A DNA stretch of 64,000 nucleotides from the human T2T-CHM13v2.0 reference genome, Homo sapiens, in assembly GCF_009914755.1 (NCBI RefSeq), contig NC_060948.1. The stretch is one strand, 5' to 3'. The translations under genes and the position numbers were made by a program. Below the pieces are notes generated by a model. That model saw only the letters and a list, made by a program, of their open reading frames with translations, was not told the DNA's origin and did not search any database. Position 1 is the first letter of the stretch; each line of letters starts with the position of its first letter. Shown piece after piece: positions 13,142 through 26,240 of the stretch.

Positions 13142-13446
13142 GGCTGGGCACAGTGGCTCACACCTATAATCCCAGCACTTTGGGAGGCCAAGGCAGGCAG
13201 ATCATGAGGTCAGGAGATCACGAACTTCCTAGCTAACACATTCAAACCCCATCTCTACTAAAAATACAAAAAATTAGTCCAGCGTGGCATCACATGCCTG
13301 TAGTCCCTGCTACTCAGGAGGCTGAGGCAGGAGAATTGCTTGAACCTGGGAGGCGGATGTTGCAGTTACCTGAGATCCTGCCACTGCACTCCAGCCTGGC
13401 CCACAGAACAAGATGCTGTCTTAAAAAATTTGAAAAATAAAAAAAT
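13142..13446 (+). mobile_element. Alu (Sc/Y-like)
   Basis: gatcatgaggtcaggagatc..ctagctaacac diagnostic region. Confidence 0.9.
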
Positions 13447-13829
13447 AACCAACCACTATGCCACCTAGACTCTATTCTAGAAACCTCTCACAAAATTTTT
13501 TTAATAGCCTAAACCTGGAAAATGTCACAAATTTTTCCCTCCTAGGGCTGAACATATGTCATATTTCTTTCTCCTGGGTCTCCTGACAGCTCAATAATTC
13601 CAAAGTTTCAGAATTTACAACAGCATCTGAAGAGTGAATTTTATTTTCTAATGTTGAGGGCATTTTTATCTTGTTTTCTTCCTCACCAATTTAGTGTTTG
13701 AGCTGAATCATAAAATTTGCCTTGTACATAACAGGAATTCAAATACTTTTTTTAGATGCCAGAGAATTCCAGAATTAAGTTTGATTTTAACTTTCATCTA
13801 TCCAAACCTATAATTAATGAATCTCAGAA

Positions 13830-13930
13830 ATGCCTGTACATAAGAATTCCCTGAGGGAATTTTACAAAATACAGACATCTCAGGTCCACTCTTAGAGATT
13901 CTGAGTTAATCAGTCTAGCATGGGGATTTC
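13830..13930. mobile_element. MER5A-like DNA transposon fragment
   Basis: aaaatacagac..ccac..cagagattctga..tcagtctag resemblance. Confidence 0.45.
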
Positions 13931-14336
13931 TTGAGAGGGGCATTACAGACAAGTATTCTAAACTCCTTTCTACTACTTAATAATAAGCAAAGTTGTCAAA
14001 GAGCCAACATACTACTTTACTGGCTGAATCAGCAAAAATTATTCAAACATTGCTCACTTGACACATCCAGTTAGAGCAGGTGGGAGGAGATGAAATGTGG
14101 TACTTTAAAACACAGTTATTGAAATATACCTCTAAGGGTTTTAGATATTATTCTTTCTGTAAGCAAATATTATTGTAAATATTCATCCTTCTTACAGAAA
14201 GATTCTGCTTTGTATACATTATCAGTTTAAGGTTTACAGTGACTTGATGTTGATGGCAAGTTGTGATTTCCATTCTGTATGTTGGGAAACTGAGGCTGAA
14301 AGACATAAAGTAACTTCTTAAAAGAGTATAAATGTT

Positions 14337-15186
14337 TGTATTTTTCAGTATTCCCTAGAAAAACAGAATCAATAAGATATAGTTATATACCTATACATAT
14401 AGATATAATTTTAAAAGATACATCTCTATATTTATCTATCCATCAATATATTTATTATAAGGGGCCAGGTACAGAGGCTTACACCTGTAATCCCAGCACT
14501 TTGGGAGGCTGAGGTGGGCAGAAGGCTTGAGCTCAGGAGTTCAATACCAGCATGGACTACATGGCAAAAAACCATCTTTATGAATAAATAGAAAAATTAG
14601 CCAGGCATGTGGTGCATGTCTGTAGTCCCAGCTACTTGTTTGGGGGAAGGGGAAGGTGGAGGATCTCTTGAGCCCAGGAGGAAGAGGTTATAGTGAGCCA
14701 AGATCATGCCACTGCACTTCAGTTTGGATGACAGAGTAAGGCCCCCTCTCAAAAAAATATTTATAAGGAGTTAGCTCATTTGAATATGGAAGCTGAGAAG
14801 TGCCATAACCACGTGTCTCCAAGAAGTAGACACTGGAAAGCCGGTGGTGTAGTCCAAAGATCCAAGAGACAGAGGACGATGGTGCAGATTCCAGTCTCTT
14901 CTGAAGATCTGAGAACCAGCAGCACAGAGGGCAGATCAATGTCCCAGCTCAAATAGGCAGAGTTAATTCAAACTTCTTCCACTTTTTGTTCTATTCAGTC
15001 CTTTAAGGAATTAAGTGAGGCACACTGACATTGGGGAGGGAAACCTATTTTTTGAATTGACCAGTTTAAGTGTGGATTCCTTGTGGAAACACCCTAACCC
15101 TCACAGACACACTCAGAGATAATATTTAACCAGCTATCTGTGCACCCATAGTCCAGTGAAGTTGATAAATAAAATTAACCATAACA
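14337..15186 (-). mobile_element. Solo ERVL LTR, MLT2B-like, with a nested Alu
   Basis: tgta..ctagaaaaacagaatcaata.., gctgagaagtgccat, ctcacagacacactcaga, ends aaaattaaccataaca. TSD atgtt/atgct. Confidence 0.85.
14463..14757 (+). mobile_element. AluJ nested in MLT2B
   Basis: Dimeric Alu; atattt(at)tataagg on both sides. Confidence 0.9.
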
Positions 15187-15976
15187 ATGCTGAATTCTCT
15201 ATAGAGAATTGGAAAACTAACATCTCAAAATGAAATGGTTAAGTATCAGGAGACAGCAACACTACAAAAAGTAAAATAAGTTTGCTTAGAAGAATGCTCA
15301 GATGGCACCAATTACTTTATGCATAACATGTGTTTCTGATTGCAATGTTTTTAGCCCAGAGGTAACTGTATCACTTATACTATAACACATATACTGTATC
15401 TTTATATGTTGAGATTGGCTGGTAATTCTGAAAGTGCTGGGAAAGTCAGAAACAGATAATGCAACAGAAAAAATAATGTCAGAAAGCAAAATAAAAAAAA
15501 ACTGAATAGTTTCTTCTTTATAGATGAAGTGTGAATGGTATTATATTCATATTTATAATAACATCAATGACTAGCCTCACCAATAGTAAGACAGCAGTGA
15601 GATTATTGATTGAGGATCTGGAATATGCCAGATCAACCTTAGATATATAAACTACTAGATATCACTCACCTTATCCAACCTGGAATAGTATTGCCTATGA
15701 GATTCAAAATTACAAAAAATTAAATTAGTCTCAAATGCCCACTATGCCCTGCAATGTCTCAAGGACTCTCTCGTCAGAAAAGGGACATACATGGTTTGTT
15801 TTCCACCTCTTTTACTACCTCATTTATTCATACTACCTAATTCTTTCTGTCTATTCTTGGTTATGTCAGTTTACCACTCGCCCAAATTATTTCTTTTCAA
15901 CAACTCATGTGTCTTTCCTTGGCATAAATATGGTTGACCCAAGACTGCTTGGCAGATATTGGAAAGGGCTTTGCTA

Positions 15977-16034
15977 TACATATATATATATAGATATAGA
16001 TATAGATATATAGATATAGATATAGATATATATA
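15977..16034. repeat. (TA)n/(TATAGA)n microsatellite
   Basis: Read directly from the sequence. Confidence 0.9.
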
Positions 16035-16493
16035 TCCCCACAACAAGGGTATTAATATTGATTACTTTACATGCATGAGTGCAAAGTTATATTCTCCATT
16101 TTAGCTACTTTGCCTTTCTGTTGCATCCCAGATCAAGTTGGTGGTAATATCTAAAAATATCATCCAATTACTATCCTTTCTTTGAAAGAAGCTGTCCTCT
16201 CCTCTCTGTTGTAGCATCAGTATTGGGCAGAATTTTTCCTCTCCTTTCTTGTTATGTGAGTAATCTAAGTGTTTTTTTTCCATAAATCTCATTTGAAAAT
16301 ATTATTCTTCTCTTTTTCCAGATAGGAAATGGAATCTGGTAAATAATATAATGACTTGCTCAAAGTTATTCAAGCAACTGTAACACTGGGAAACAAATCC
16401 ACAACTCCCTGACTCTACTCTCTTCCTCTTTCTGCTGAACTTGTTCAATGACTGAGAAAAGGAAGAGGACAATTGTACTGTTCCTGGTTGTTG

Positions 16494-16789
16494 TTGTTTA
16501 TTTTCTTTTTTTTAAGATGGAGTCTTACTCTGTTGCCGGGCTGGAGTGGCATGATCTCGGCTCACAGCAACCTCCGCCTCCCAGGTTCAAGTGATATTCT
16601 CCTGCCTTATCCTCCTAAGTAGCTGAGACTACAGATGAGGGCCACCATGCCTGGCTAATTTTTTGTATTTTAGTAGAGATGGGGTTTTACCATGTTGGCC
16701 AGGATGGTCTTAATCTCCTGATCTCTTGATCTGCCCACCTTGGCCTTCCAAAGTGCTGGCATTACAGGTGTGAGCCACCAAGCCCTGCC
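16494..16789 (-). mobile_element. AluSc-like
   Basis: Reverse Alu; TSD tgttcctggttgtt / tgttcctagttgtt. Confidence 0.95.
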
Positions 16790-16964
16790 TGTTCCTAGTT
16801 GTTTAACATCTGTGTAGTCCTGGATTTTGATCAATGATTTTGATCCAAATGTGTTTGTCTCCAAAGGTCCTGTTGTTTCTACTAAGTTACACCCTTCTTC
16901 TGTTGAAAAAATAGAGTGTGCCAATATGGCATACACACACACACAAATACACACACACACAAAC

Positions 16965-17540
16965 ATATTCTTAGCATTTGATCTGGCAATCAAAGTCTTA
17001 GATATTTAACTTAAAGAAATGATTACTTATGTTCAAACAAAAAATTATTGTTTACATGATTACAGGTATATTCCTAACTGCAAAACTGAAAGCAATGTAA
17101 ATTTTCAACTGGTGAACAGATAATTAGATTGTGATGCAGTCAGACATTGAGATATTTCTCAACAATTAGAAAACAAACATAAAAAACACTGGAGCTTAAA
17201 TAGCGGTTTACCAGCAGTGCAATAACTAGTACTTGCAGAGACCCCGGGTAAATCACCAATGCTTATTTAGGGTGATGGAAGTCAGACTCAAATGTCTACA
17301 TATGGTTTAATTCCCTGTACATGATTTTCTAGAACAGGCAATGCTCTAAGGATAAAAATTTGTTCCATGTTTGCCAAGGGATGTGAGTTGGGAGAAAGTT
17401 TGAGTACAAAGAGGCACCGGGGAACATTTTGAGACAATAAAACTGTTTCCATGTCATAACTGTGGTAACAGTTACCATCAAAGAGTACAAACTCCAGAAG
17501 CATGCACACAAAAATAAATAAATGTAACTACATAGAAAGT
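16965..17540 (+). mobile_element. Ancient L1 3' end (L1MC/ME-like)
   Basis: gaagtcagactcaaa.., ttctagaacaggcaa, gtttgccaaggg..gggaacattttgag. Confidence 0.6.
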
Positions 17541-19049
17541 ACGTATGGATATACTAAGTATGATGTGTTTTAACATTTGATACAATAATTAATTTATAGG
17601 AGAACTTCCTTCATGTTACCAATACTATGGTCTTACTAGATAGTTTGTATCTGTGCTATTTTGCCATAGTATTGTGCCTGTTATTCATTATTACAATTCA
17701 TATTATGCTGAAAGAGAGAAATCTGAAATAAGAAATGACACATTTGTCCAGATGTTTGAATCTTGGTGGATTTTAATGATTTTTGCACAGCCAGCTACTC
17801 TCCTTTGCCTTCTTGACTGCCTTCTCAATCAATGTAACTTGGATTCCTTTTGCCTTCTGCATAAAGTAAACAAGAGGAAACTGAAAAAATGCATTTGATA
17901 AAAGGAAAACGTTATCCACTCTGAGTTTCACCTATACCAGACAATTGAAGTGTGAAAGAAGTGATATTCAGACCCTGGAATCTTTAGTTTTAGTAAGTTT
18001 ATTTGTGTTTTTAAAGTGAATTTCCTGGTTGGAAAAGTACAGTAGATGTGTAGCAAGATAGTTCTTGCTTAAATTAAAATCATAGCAATGTTTTGAGAAT
18101 CTTGTAGAAAATGTTACATTTTAAATAAGCTATTCCTTGGTTTTTGTGCTTTTAATAATTGTATCAATTAGGTATAATTATAAGGGGTCATTCATTATTT
18201 AATATTTTCTGCTTCAAACTCAATGTATTAAGTTCAGTAAAAATTATTCAATGATGCATGAACATTTTGGGAAATGTGGCCAAGAAAATAAAATTGTACA
18301 ACAACCCAAAATTTAAATATCCTTTCATGGTTACTACATAAAACAGTAAAACAATATAATATAATATTATTTGTAATATAATGTATTACATTGAATATTA
18401 TCACAGTTCCTCAGGTTTAATCGTTTACAATTTTACAAAAATAACTCAGTCTTCCAATCATTTCTTTTCCATGTGGAAAACTGTGTCTATTTAACTATTA
18501 TCTTTTTAATACCAATTATCACACACATTTCAGAATTGCATCCACATTTTGAGGCAATATTTTTGCCTTTGCTAGAGATGACGATTGTTTCTCACCCATT
18601 TGAGTGACTATGTGAATGTTTTGAAAGTTAGCAAACTTATCTTACCTTAGAAACTTTTCACACATTTGAGAAATATAATTTCAATATGTCTTCCAAAATG
18701 GGAAAGAAAACTCAGCTGTATTCAACAAATATTACTTTCTTCTCTCCTAAAATCAGGCTGCAGAAATCTTGCATAGTGTAAGGGATATTTAATTGCTTCA
18801 TTGGAGTCTATCACAAACATAAATGTTCTTATCATAGAATTATTTATGTTTCTATAAGAAAAATTATTTATTTCTAATTTTTATTTTCTAGTATATAATT
18901 CACAATATGAATTTCGAAATATAGGAGGGAGAAAAAATTATAATCATGTATATTTTGTTGTGTTTCTTTTAGCTTTTATTTGTATTTGTGTGTTTTGTAA
19001 AATTAACAAGATACACAAGTATATGAATTCGTATGTTTTAATTATTTCA

Positions 19050-20100
19050 TCCAAGATAATGAAAATATTTTTTATTTCATTGATAAGTTTTATTGTTTTA
19101 TTTCAATTTTTTAGAATTATTAGTCCAATATAACATAATAGATATGAATCATTTTCAAAGGGTTGTTGTATAACTGCATAGACTCCTTTTTTAGAATATT
19201 GTACTTTAATGATGTATCTCATTTTGGAAAGCCAAATTCCCTGTTTTTCCTATTTGACCTTTTACGTGATAATCTGTGCATATGCATCTTTCTAGACAAT
19301 TTTGATAGTTCTTTACAGTAGATTCCAGTAAATAAAATTACTATGACCAAATGTAGAGTTGTAAGATCACTGGTTCAGAGTGTTAATGTTTATCCAAACC
19401 TAAAAAAAAAAAAATACATATTAATAATATTGCCAGCAGCATTGAATAAGAATGTCTTGTTGACCTGCCTTTTAGTCATTGCATTGTCTTTTATTTATTT
19501 ATTTATTTTTTTGAGATGGAGTCTCACTGTGTCACTTAGGCTGGAGTGCAGCGGCATGATCTGAGCTCACTGCTACCTCCAGTTCCCGGGTTCAAGTGAA
19601 CTTTCCATCTCATCCTCTGGGATTACAGGTGTGCACCACTATGCCTGGCTAATTTTTGTATTTGTAGTAGAGACAAGTTTCATCATGTTGGCCAGGCTGA
19701 CCTCAAAATCCTGAACTCCTGACTTTTAAGTGATACGCCCACCTTGGCCTCCCAAAATGTTGGGATTATGGAGTGAGCCCTCATGCCTGGCCCTTTGTGT
19801 TGTCTTTTAAAGACAATAACATTATTATAAAGACTTCTGTCTCATTATTAGTAGTACATTTATGGTTAGATGTAAAGATAAGCATCATTTTTTTTTTATA
19901 TTTATTGTTAGTCCTGCAAAAAACTGCTGTGAATTGTTTATGGTGAGGTTTTGTATCTTGATTTCAGCTTAATTTTTCTACTGAGTATTCAGCATGCTAT
20001 GTTAAGGACATCAATCCTTTATTTTTATTTTTTGCAATTAACAGATGAAGTTTCGGCTACATATGAAATTATCTTAAATTGTCCTTAGCAAATGCTCCTT
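19050..20100 (-). mobile_element. Very old L1M fragment with nested Alu
   Basis: Weak reverse-L1 text (gtagattccagtaaataaaattact; tatgttaaggacatcaatccttt). Confidence 0.4.
19490..19792 (-). mobile_element. AluS
   Basis: Reverse Alu; ttgtctttta on both flanks. Confidence 0.95.
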
Positions 20101-21049
20101 TCAACATCCTCTTTCCCATTTTTTTTTATATCTCCATTAAAACTATCAGGACAAAGATTTTGCTCTATATTTACAATTTATTTTTTGTCATGTTTTTATG
20201 TTGATAAGTATGTTTGCTTTCCACTTCATCAATCACCTTACATTTTCAAAATATATTTATTTAGAAAATCCAATGTGTGTTCTTCCTTGAGTAAAAGGAA
20301 AGTATAACATTTCAGATGACAAGATTAACACTAATAGAATCTTTGTTACTGCCTTATTATTATTATATTTGAATAATTTTGAGTCTGGCAATTCATCCTA
20401 TTTAGAGAGCTAAACTGACCCATTTTAAAGTGCAATAGTGTTTTTTTTTTTCTTTTTCAAGTGATGTTATACTTTTTTTTCTCTTACACATTTCCCCTCC
20501 CCTTTTTTTAAAAATAATTGTTTACCTTGTATGTATTTTTTTCTCTTTCTCAAGTGATGCTATACTCAAAAGAAAATATTCCAGTAGAAAAGGAAAGGAA
20601 AGAAAAGAAAGAAAAGTGTGGAAAGGAAGGGAAAATAAGAGGCACAGTTACAGGCCAAAACCTCCTGTGGAAATGCAACAGAAACTCCCGCCTTGGTCAC
20701 CATTTCTTTGATGAGTTGCAGCAAACCACAGTAATGGCTGACATGGAAATCTTGCTGGAATTTGGATATAGTTTTAAGCCCTCCAGGAAATGAACTCACG
20801 AATAGACATTCAGGCGGGTACTATTTATAACCCTTATACATATTTTAATATATGCTTATATACTCTTGCTTACATATGTATGTATATGTAAACATATGCA
20901 AAAATATGCTGAAAACCCAGCACAATTACTGTCAAAATCCTCCACAATTGATTTAATTAGAAAAATATATGAAAAATCCAAGCTTTTAAAACAAATTGTT
21001 GCTGGACAGCCATTTATGTGGGTGGGGTGTTGACAGCAGGGTCTTTGTA

Positions 21050-21800
21050 GATGAAAGGCATCTGGTCCCCATCTTCAGGCATTTGTACTAGCATCTGAAC
21101 CCTGAATACCATAGAAACACATACTTTATTTCATGGAATTGTGAAATGGGACTATAGGGGAGTAACTAAGCAACTTCTCACTGGGAGATTTAGGAAATTC
21201 TTCACTGGGAGAATGAAGTCTGAGCTGAGATTAAAGGACAGAGAGAAAGTGGTGGGGCCACAGCCTGGAAGAATGTGCAGCACTGTGACATGCAGCACAG
21301 GCTTTTTCAGAGATGGAGACCCTACATGTCAGGTGGTGTCACTGGAGAGAAGGAGAAGACCACAGCATCCATCTGCTGACGTCTCCTAGTGGATTTGACT
21401 GTGCTGTACGTGGAAAGACTTCATACAGGAAAGGCTTGCATATTATGAAGATTTATGCAAAACTCTGGGAGGTGGACCAAAATGTGTTGAGATGAGATGT
21501 GGAGAGAGTAACAGGGGCAAGGGAAGAAAAAGACAGTGGTCATGGAGAGGGGAAGATAGAGAAAATGGGGTGAGGGGACAGTACTCAGATTTGGGGATGG
21601 ATTGTATATGTCTGAAGGAGGAGAAAGGAGTATAAATTTGGGATTGGCTGACTGGGAGACATCTATGAGGAGTATGCAGAGATGAGCAAAATTTAATAGA
21701 GATGAGAAGCTGAGCTGTGGACATTTTTTGGCTGGAAGTGTCTATATATGTTTAGTTAATGATATGCATTTTGAAAAAGGAGGTACATTTCCAAATACAT
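21050..21800 (-). mobile_element. L2 fragments
   Basis: Purine-rich L2-like text (tctgagctgagattaaagga; gatttggggatggattg; tggacattttttggctggaagtgtct). Confidence 0.5.
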
Positions 21801-22199
21801 ATCTAGACAAAAAAAAAGAAGCATTATCAATTGTCTTTTTTTAACACCTTCTAACTAATTTAGTAATACTGTATCTTCTTTTGAATGAGCTACATCATGC
21901 AGCATCCTGATAGGAGCAAAATAAAATAACAAAAAGATTCATAATATTATTCCTAATAATTGCTTTATTGCTAATCAGCACTTTGGTCAACTCAGAATCT
22001 CAACAAGAATAATATCGTTAGTCCCACTTTAAATACAAAAAGCTAAGTAATTCTTTGAGATAATATAGCTAGATTTCTGAATAGCTTAGAATTTGATCTT
22101 TAAATTCAGAATTCAGTATCAAAAAATTTAAAATCATCATTATTGGAGATGTACTTGAAATATTTCTAAAAGTGTTAAGTATATAGTGTGAAATCAATA

Positions 22200-22370
22200 T
22201 TCTGTGCACCTCTGCATCTCTTTCTGTTCTTCAAAAGACACCAGTTCTGTTATTTTGGAGCTCTATCTTGATGAACTAATTTACCCTTAATTATATCTTT
22301 AAATGCTATATCTTCAAATACAGTGAAATTGGAGGGTGGGGTGAGAGGGAGACATAACAAGGCCATAACA
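22200..22370 (-). mobile_element. MLT1 LTR fragment
   Basis: aagacaccagt..cttaattatatctttaaa..ctatatcttcaaatacagt..ggccataaca. Confidence 0.55.
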
Positions 22371-22615
22371 GAGAGAAATGAATGCATAAAGACATTTAAG
22401 TTTTATGAATTAAATTCCTGTGCAATTCTATAGTCATTATAATGCATAGTTAATGTTAAGAAACCAAAATGTCCTATCCAAAACTATTGTGTAAAATGTG
22501 TAGATCAAAAGTCCATCAATGTTCCAAGCAGCTAAGCTATAAATGATGAGCTATCGGCTTCCTTAAACATAAATGCAAGTTGTTCTGATATTTTTGGTAT
22601 TTACTGAAGTATCTA

Positions 22616-22951
<336 letters not shown>

Positions 22952-23382
22952 CACTATTGGACACTGATGGAACTGTTATCACCTAATATGGAATCATTCA
23001 CAATATTTCAGTTAGGCTCAGATTCACCTATTGACTATCCAGATAAATCTCCCAGCCTTTTTTTCTAAACATTATCATCAGATCAGAAATAAATATTGTG
23101 ATGACAGGTTGAAATGATTGTGTTTTACTTGCCTTCTTTTTTTTCCTGGTCATTGTTCTACTCTCAACTTCATTAGGTCTGCACTTGGCTCTACACTGTT
23201 TGCAGAGTTGATACTGCCTGTGCATTTCATAGGGACATCTCCACAAACAGTATGTAGCCTGGGGTACTGAACTGTAGAGTCCTTGAATTCTCAACCATCT
23301 CTTAAAATGTGATATAAAATACAAAAATATAATCTAGTCCTTGGGAAGCAATAGAAATTCTGAGGTGGTGAAGAAAAGAGTC

Positions 23383-23683
23383 TTTTTTTTAATTGTTATT
23401 TTTGGGTCAAAGTCTTGCTCTGTTATCTAAACTGGAGTGCAGTGGTGCAATCATAGCTCACTGCAGCCTCAAACTCTGGGACTCAAGTGATCCTTCCACC
23501 TCAGCCTCACTTGTAGCTGAGACTGCAGGAGTGTGTCCTCATACCTAGCTAATTTTTTAAAATTTGTAGACATGAGACCTCACTATGTTGCCCAGGCTGG
23601 TCTCAAGCTCCCAGCCCCAAGTGATCAATCTGCCTTAGCCTCTCAAAGTACTGAGATTACAGGCATGAACCACCATACCCACC
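23383..23683 (-). mobile_element. AluJ
   Basis: atcatagctcactgcagcctcaaactc; cactatgttgcccaggctgg. Confidence 0.95.
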
Positions 23684-23869
23684 AAAGTGAAGAGCCTTCA
23701 AGGTTGAGAAACTCATATTAGGGCTTCGGATAAAACAAACTGAAAAGGTGAGCACACTTGAGCAGTCATGGGAATGTATCTGCTAACACGGAAAGCCACA
23801 GAATAAACAAGGACCATTTCCCAGAGGTGACATTGACCGGACAATGTGGGAAAGAACTGCTTATGCTTC

Positions 23870-24329
23870 TGTAGCAGGACAAGCCACAGACAAAACTCCT
23901 CAGACACCAAGTTAAATAAGGAACGGGTTTATTTGGCTAGGGGCATTGGCAATACTACTGTCTCAAGAGCCGAACTCCCTGAATGAACAATTCCTGTCCC
24001 TTTTAAGGGCTCACAACTCTAAGGGGGTCCGCGTGAGAGGGTCGTGATCGATTGAGCAAGCAGGGGGTACTTGACTGGGGGCTGCATGCACTGGTAATTA
24101 GATCAGAACAAAACAGGATAGGGATTTTCACAGTGCTTTTCTATACAATGTCTGTAATCTATAGATAACAACCGATTAGGTCATGGGTCAATCTTTAAGT
24201 ACCGGGCCCAGGGTGTGGCGCCAGGCTGTCTGCTTGTGGATTTCATTTCTGCCTTTTAGTGTTTACTTTTTCTTTCTTTGGAGGCAGAAATTGGGCATAA
24301 GACAATATGAAGGGTGGTCTCCTCCCTTA
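23870..24329 (-). mobile_element. Complete solo LTR2 (HERV-E/Harlequin)
   Basis: Reverse strand runs taagggaggagaccaccc..tcctgctaca, 460 bp, CpGs partly retained. Perfect 4-bp TSD cttc. Confidence 0.9.
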
Positions 24330-24416
24330 CTTCCTCTGACCTCTTCCTCATGCGGATTTCTTCATATTTTTCTCTTCATTTCTATTTTTTTTTTCTCTGC
24401 TTAATGGAAGAATTTC

Positions 24417-24479
24417 TCATGCCTATAATCCCATTTACTTGGGAGCTCAGGCTAAGAATTGCTTGAGCCCAGGGTTGTG
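24417..24479 (+). repeat. 63-bp Alu fragment, apparent local copy of 22668-22733
   Basis: Shares private variants with the element at 22657; flanked by the direct repeat agaatttc. Confidence 0.75.
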
Positions 24480-25051
24480 AGAATTTCAAAGAGAATTTGC
24501 ATCTCTTATTAGGCTATTTTGGATAGCTCAACTATGACATTTGCTGCTACAAACATCATCTTTACCCTGTAATGAATTTGTGGTATCCCTAGGGCATTTC
24601 AGTTTTGCTTGCAGCTCTCTCTCTTATTTCCACTAGGGAGCTTGAAGGATATTTTACCACATTTTGAGATATGTGTGATCCTGTGGTTTCTGCAATGTAT
24701 TGTGAGAAAATATGAGAAGGTCTTTATCACTGGTTCAGAAGGTGAAGGAAGCGGACACGGATATGACTTTCACAATGTCACACATCAATCTGTTGCTACC
24801 TTCAGGGTGGCAAGGTTTTCTACATATGTCATCTTTTAAAACAACATTGAAGGCATAAATCAAATAGAATTAAATGAAGCTTGTTTCTTTTGGTCATTAT
24901 GATGGTTTTTTTTTTTCCACAAAGCAAAAATTATTTGTTCTTTCTCAGAAATGTTGGTTAAGTGTGTCTACTTCTTAATTTTCCTCTTGCAGTAGTTCTG
25001 TATGTAGGGTCTAAAACTAGTATATTTATGTATTCATTTAAGAATGTATGG

Positions 25052-25353
25052 GGCCGGGTGCAGTGGCTCATGCCTGTAATCCCAGCAGTTTGCGAGGCTG
25101 AGGCAGGCGGATCACGAGGTCAGGAGATCGAGATCATCCTGGCTAACACTGTGAAACCCTGTCTTTACTAAAAATACAAAAAAAAATTAGCCGGGCGTTG
25201 TGGTGAGCACCTGTAGTCCCGGCTACTCGGGAGGCTGAGGCAGGAGAATGGCCACAACCCGGGAGCATGCAGTGAGCCAAGATTGTGCCACTGTACTTCA
25301 ACCTTGGTGACACAGTGAGACTCCTCCTCAAAAAATAAAATAATAAAATAAAA
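25052..25353 (+). mobile_element. AluY
   Basis: ggatcacgaggtcaggagatcgag, ctggctaacac, ggagaatggc. Confidence 0.9.
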
Positions 25354-25371
25354 TAGTATGTAATGTATGTA

Positions 25372-25655
25372 GGCCAGGTACAGTGACTCACATCTGTAAT
25401 CCCAGCACTGTGAAGGCTGTGGAGGTGTATTGCTTAAGCTCAGGAGTTGAAGACCAGGCTGGAGAACATAGTGAGACCCCACCTCTAGAAAAAATACAAA
25501 ACTTAGCTGTGCATGCTGCTGAGTATCTGTAGTTGCAAATAATTGGGAGGCTGAGGTTGGAGGATCATTTGAGCCCTGAAGGTGCAGGTTGCAGTGAGCC
25601 AAGAGCACTTCAACCTGGGTGACAGAGTGAGACCCTGTCTCAAAAGAAAAAAAAA
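25372..25655 (+). mobile_element. AluJ
   Basis: Dimeric Alu; TSD aatgtatgta (25362-25371 / 25656-25665). Confidence 0.9.
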
Positions 25656-26039
25656 AATGTATGTATTGGACTTTACCTGGAAAACATGGAGAGATCATAT
25701 ATAGATTTGATTATGTATAGTTTTGATCATATATAGTAAATGATTGAAAAAATTCTCCATTAAAAAGTATTGAAAAATAATTGAGAAAACAAGGAAAAGA
25801 AGGAATTCAGAGATAAAAGTCTGGGCAAAGTTGTAGCAAGTAATAAAATTACATATTGAGATATTTAATTTGTATTAAAAATGTAGAGAGATGGGGTGGA
25901 GATGAGAATTATAAGGAATAAAAAGTGCAGTGTTTATAGGCAATCAAAGGGAGAGAATGTGCATTCAGGGAAGTGGAGGGGAGGTTCTTCTCAATTATAT
26001 CATTGATCACAGCAACAGCCCTGCCTTAGGTGCTTACAG

Positions 26040-26240
26040 CGTATTGCCTCCGAGAACATTATACTAAATTGCACAGACTCTGGATTCCAAATCCTAGCTC
26101 TCTTATTCTTTCCAATATGGAAAACTGAATAAATCAGCATGGGTCTCCTTTTTTAATTTTTTAATCCATAAAATAGTAAGATGGGAATAGATATCACACT
26201 ATCATATGTTTTTCATATCAATGAGCTTAGCTTCAATTTG
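26040..26240 (+). mobile_element. MIR fragment
   Basis: cagactctggattccaaatcctagctct..ccataaaat. Confidence 0.45.

Noticed and set aside
13845-13861. 8-bp-arm palindrome aattccct-g-agggaatt
   Set aside because: About one such match is expected by chance in 64 kb
25143-25698. 176-aa and 82-aa ORFs
   Set aside because: Antisense Alu read-through; the same applies to ORFs at 12074, 42882, 43246-43709 and 44952-45348
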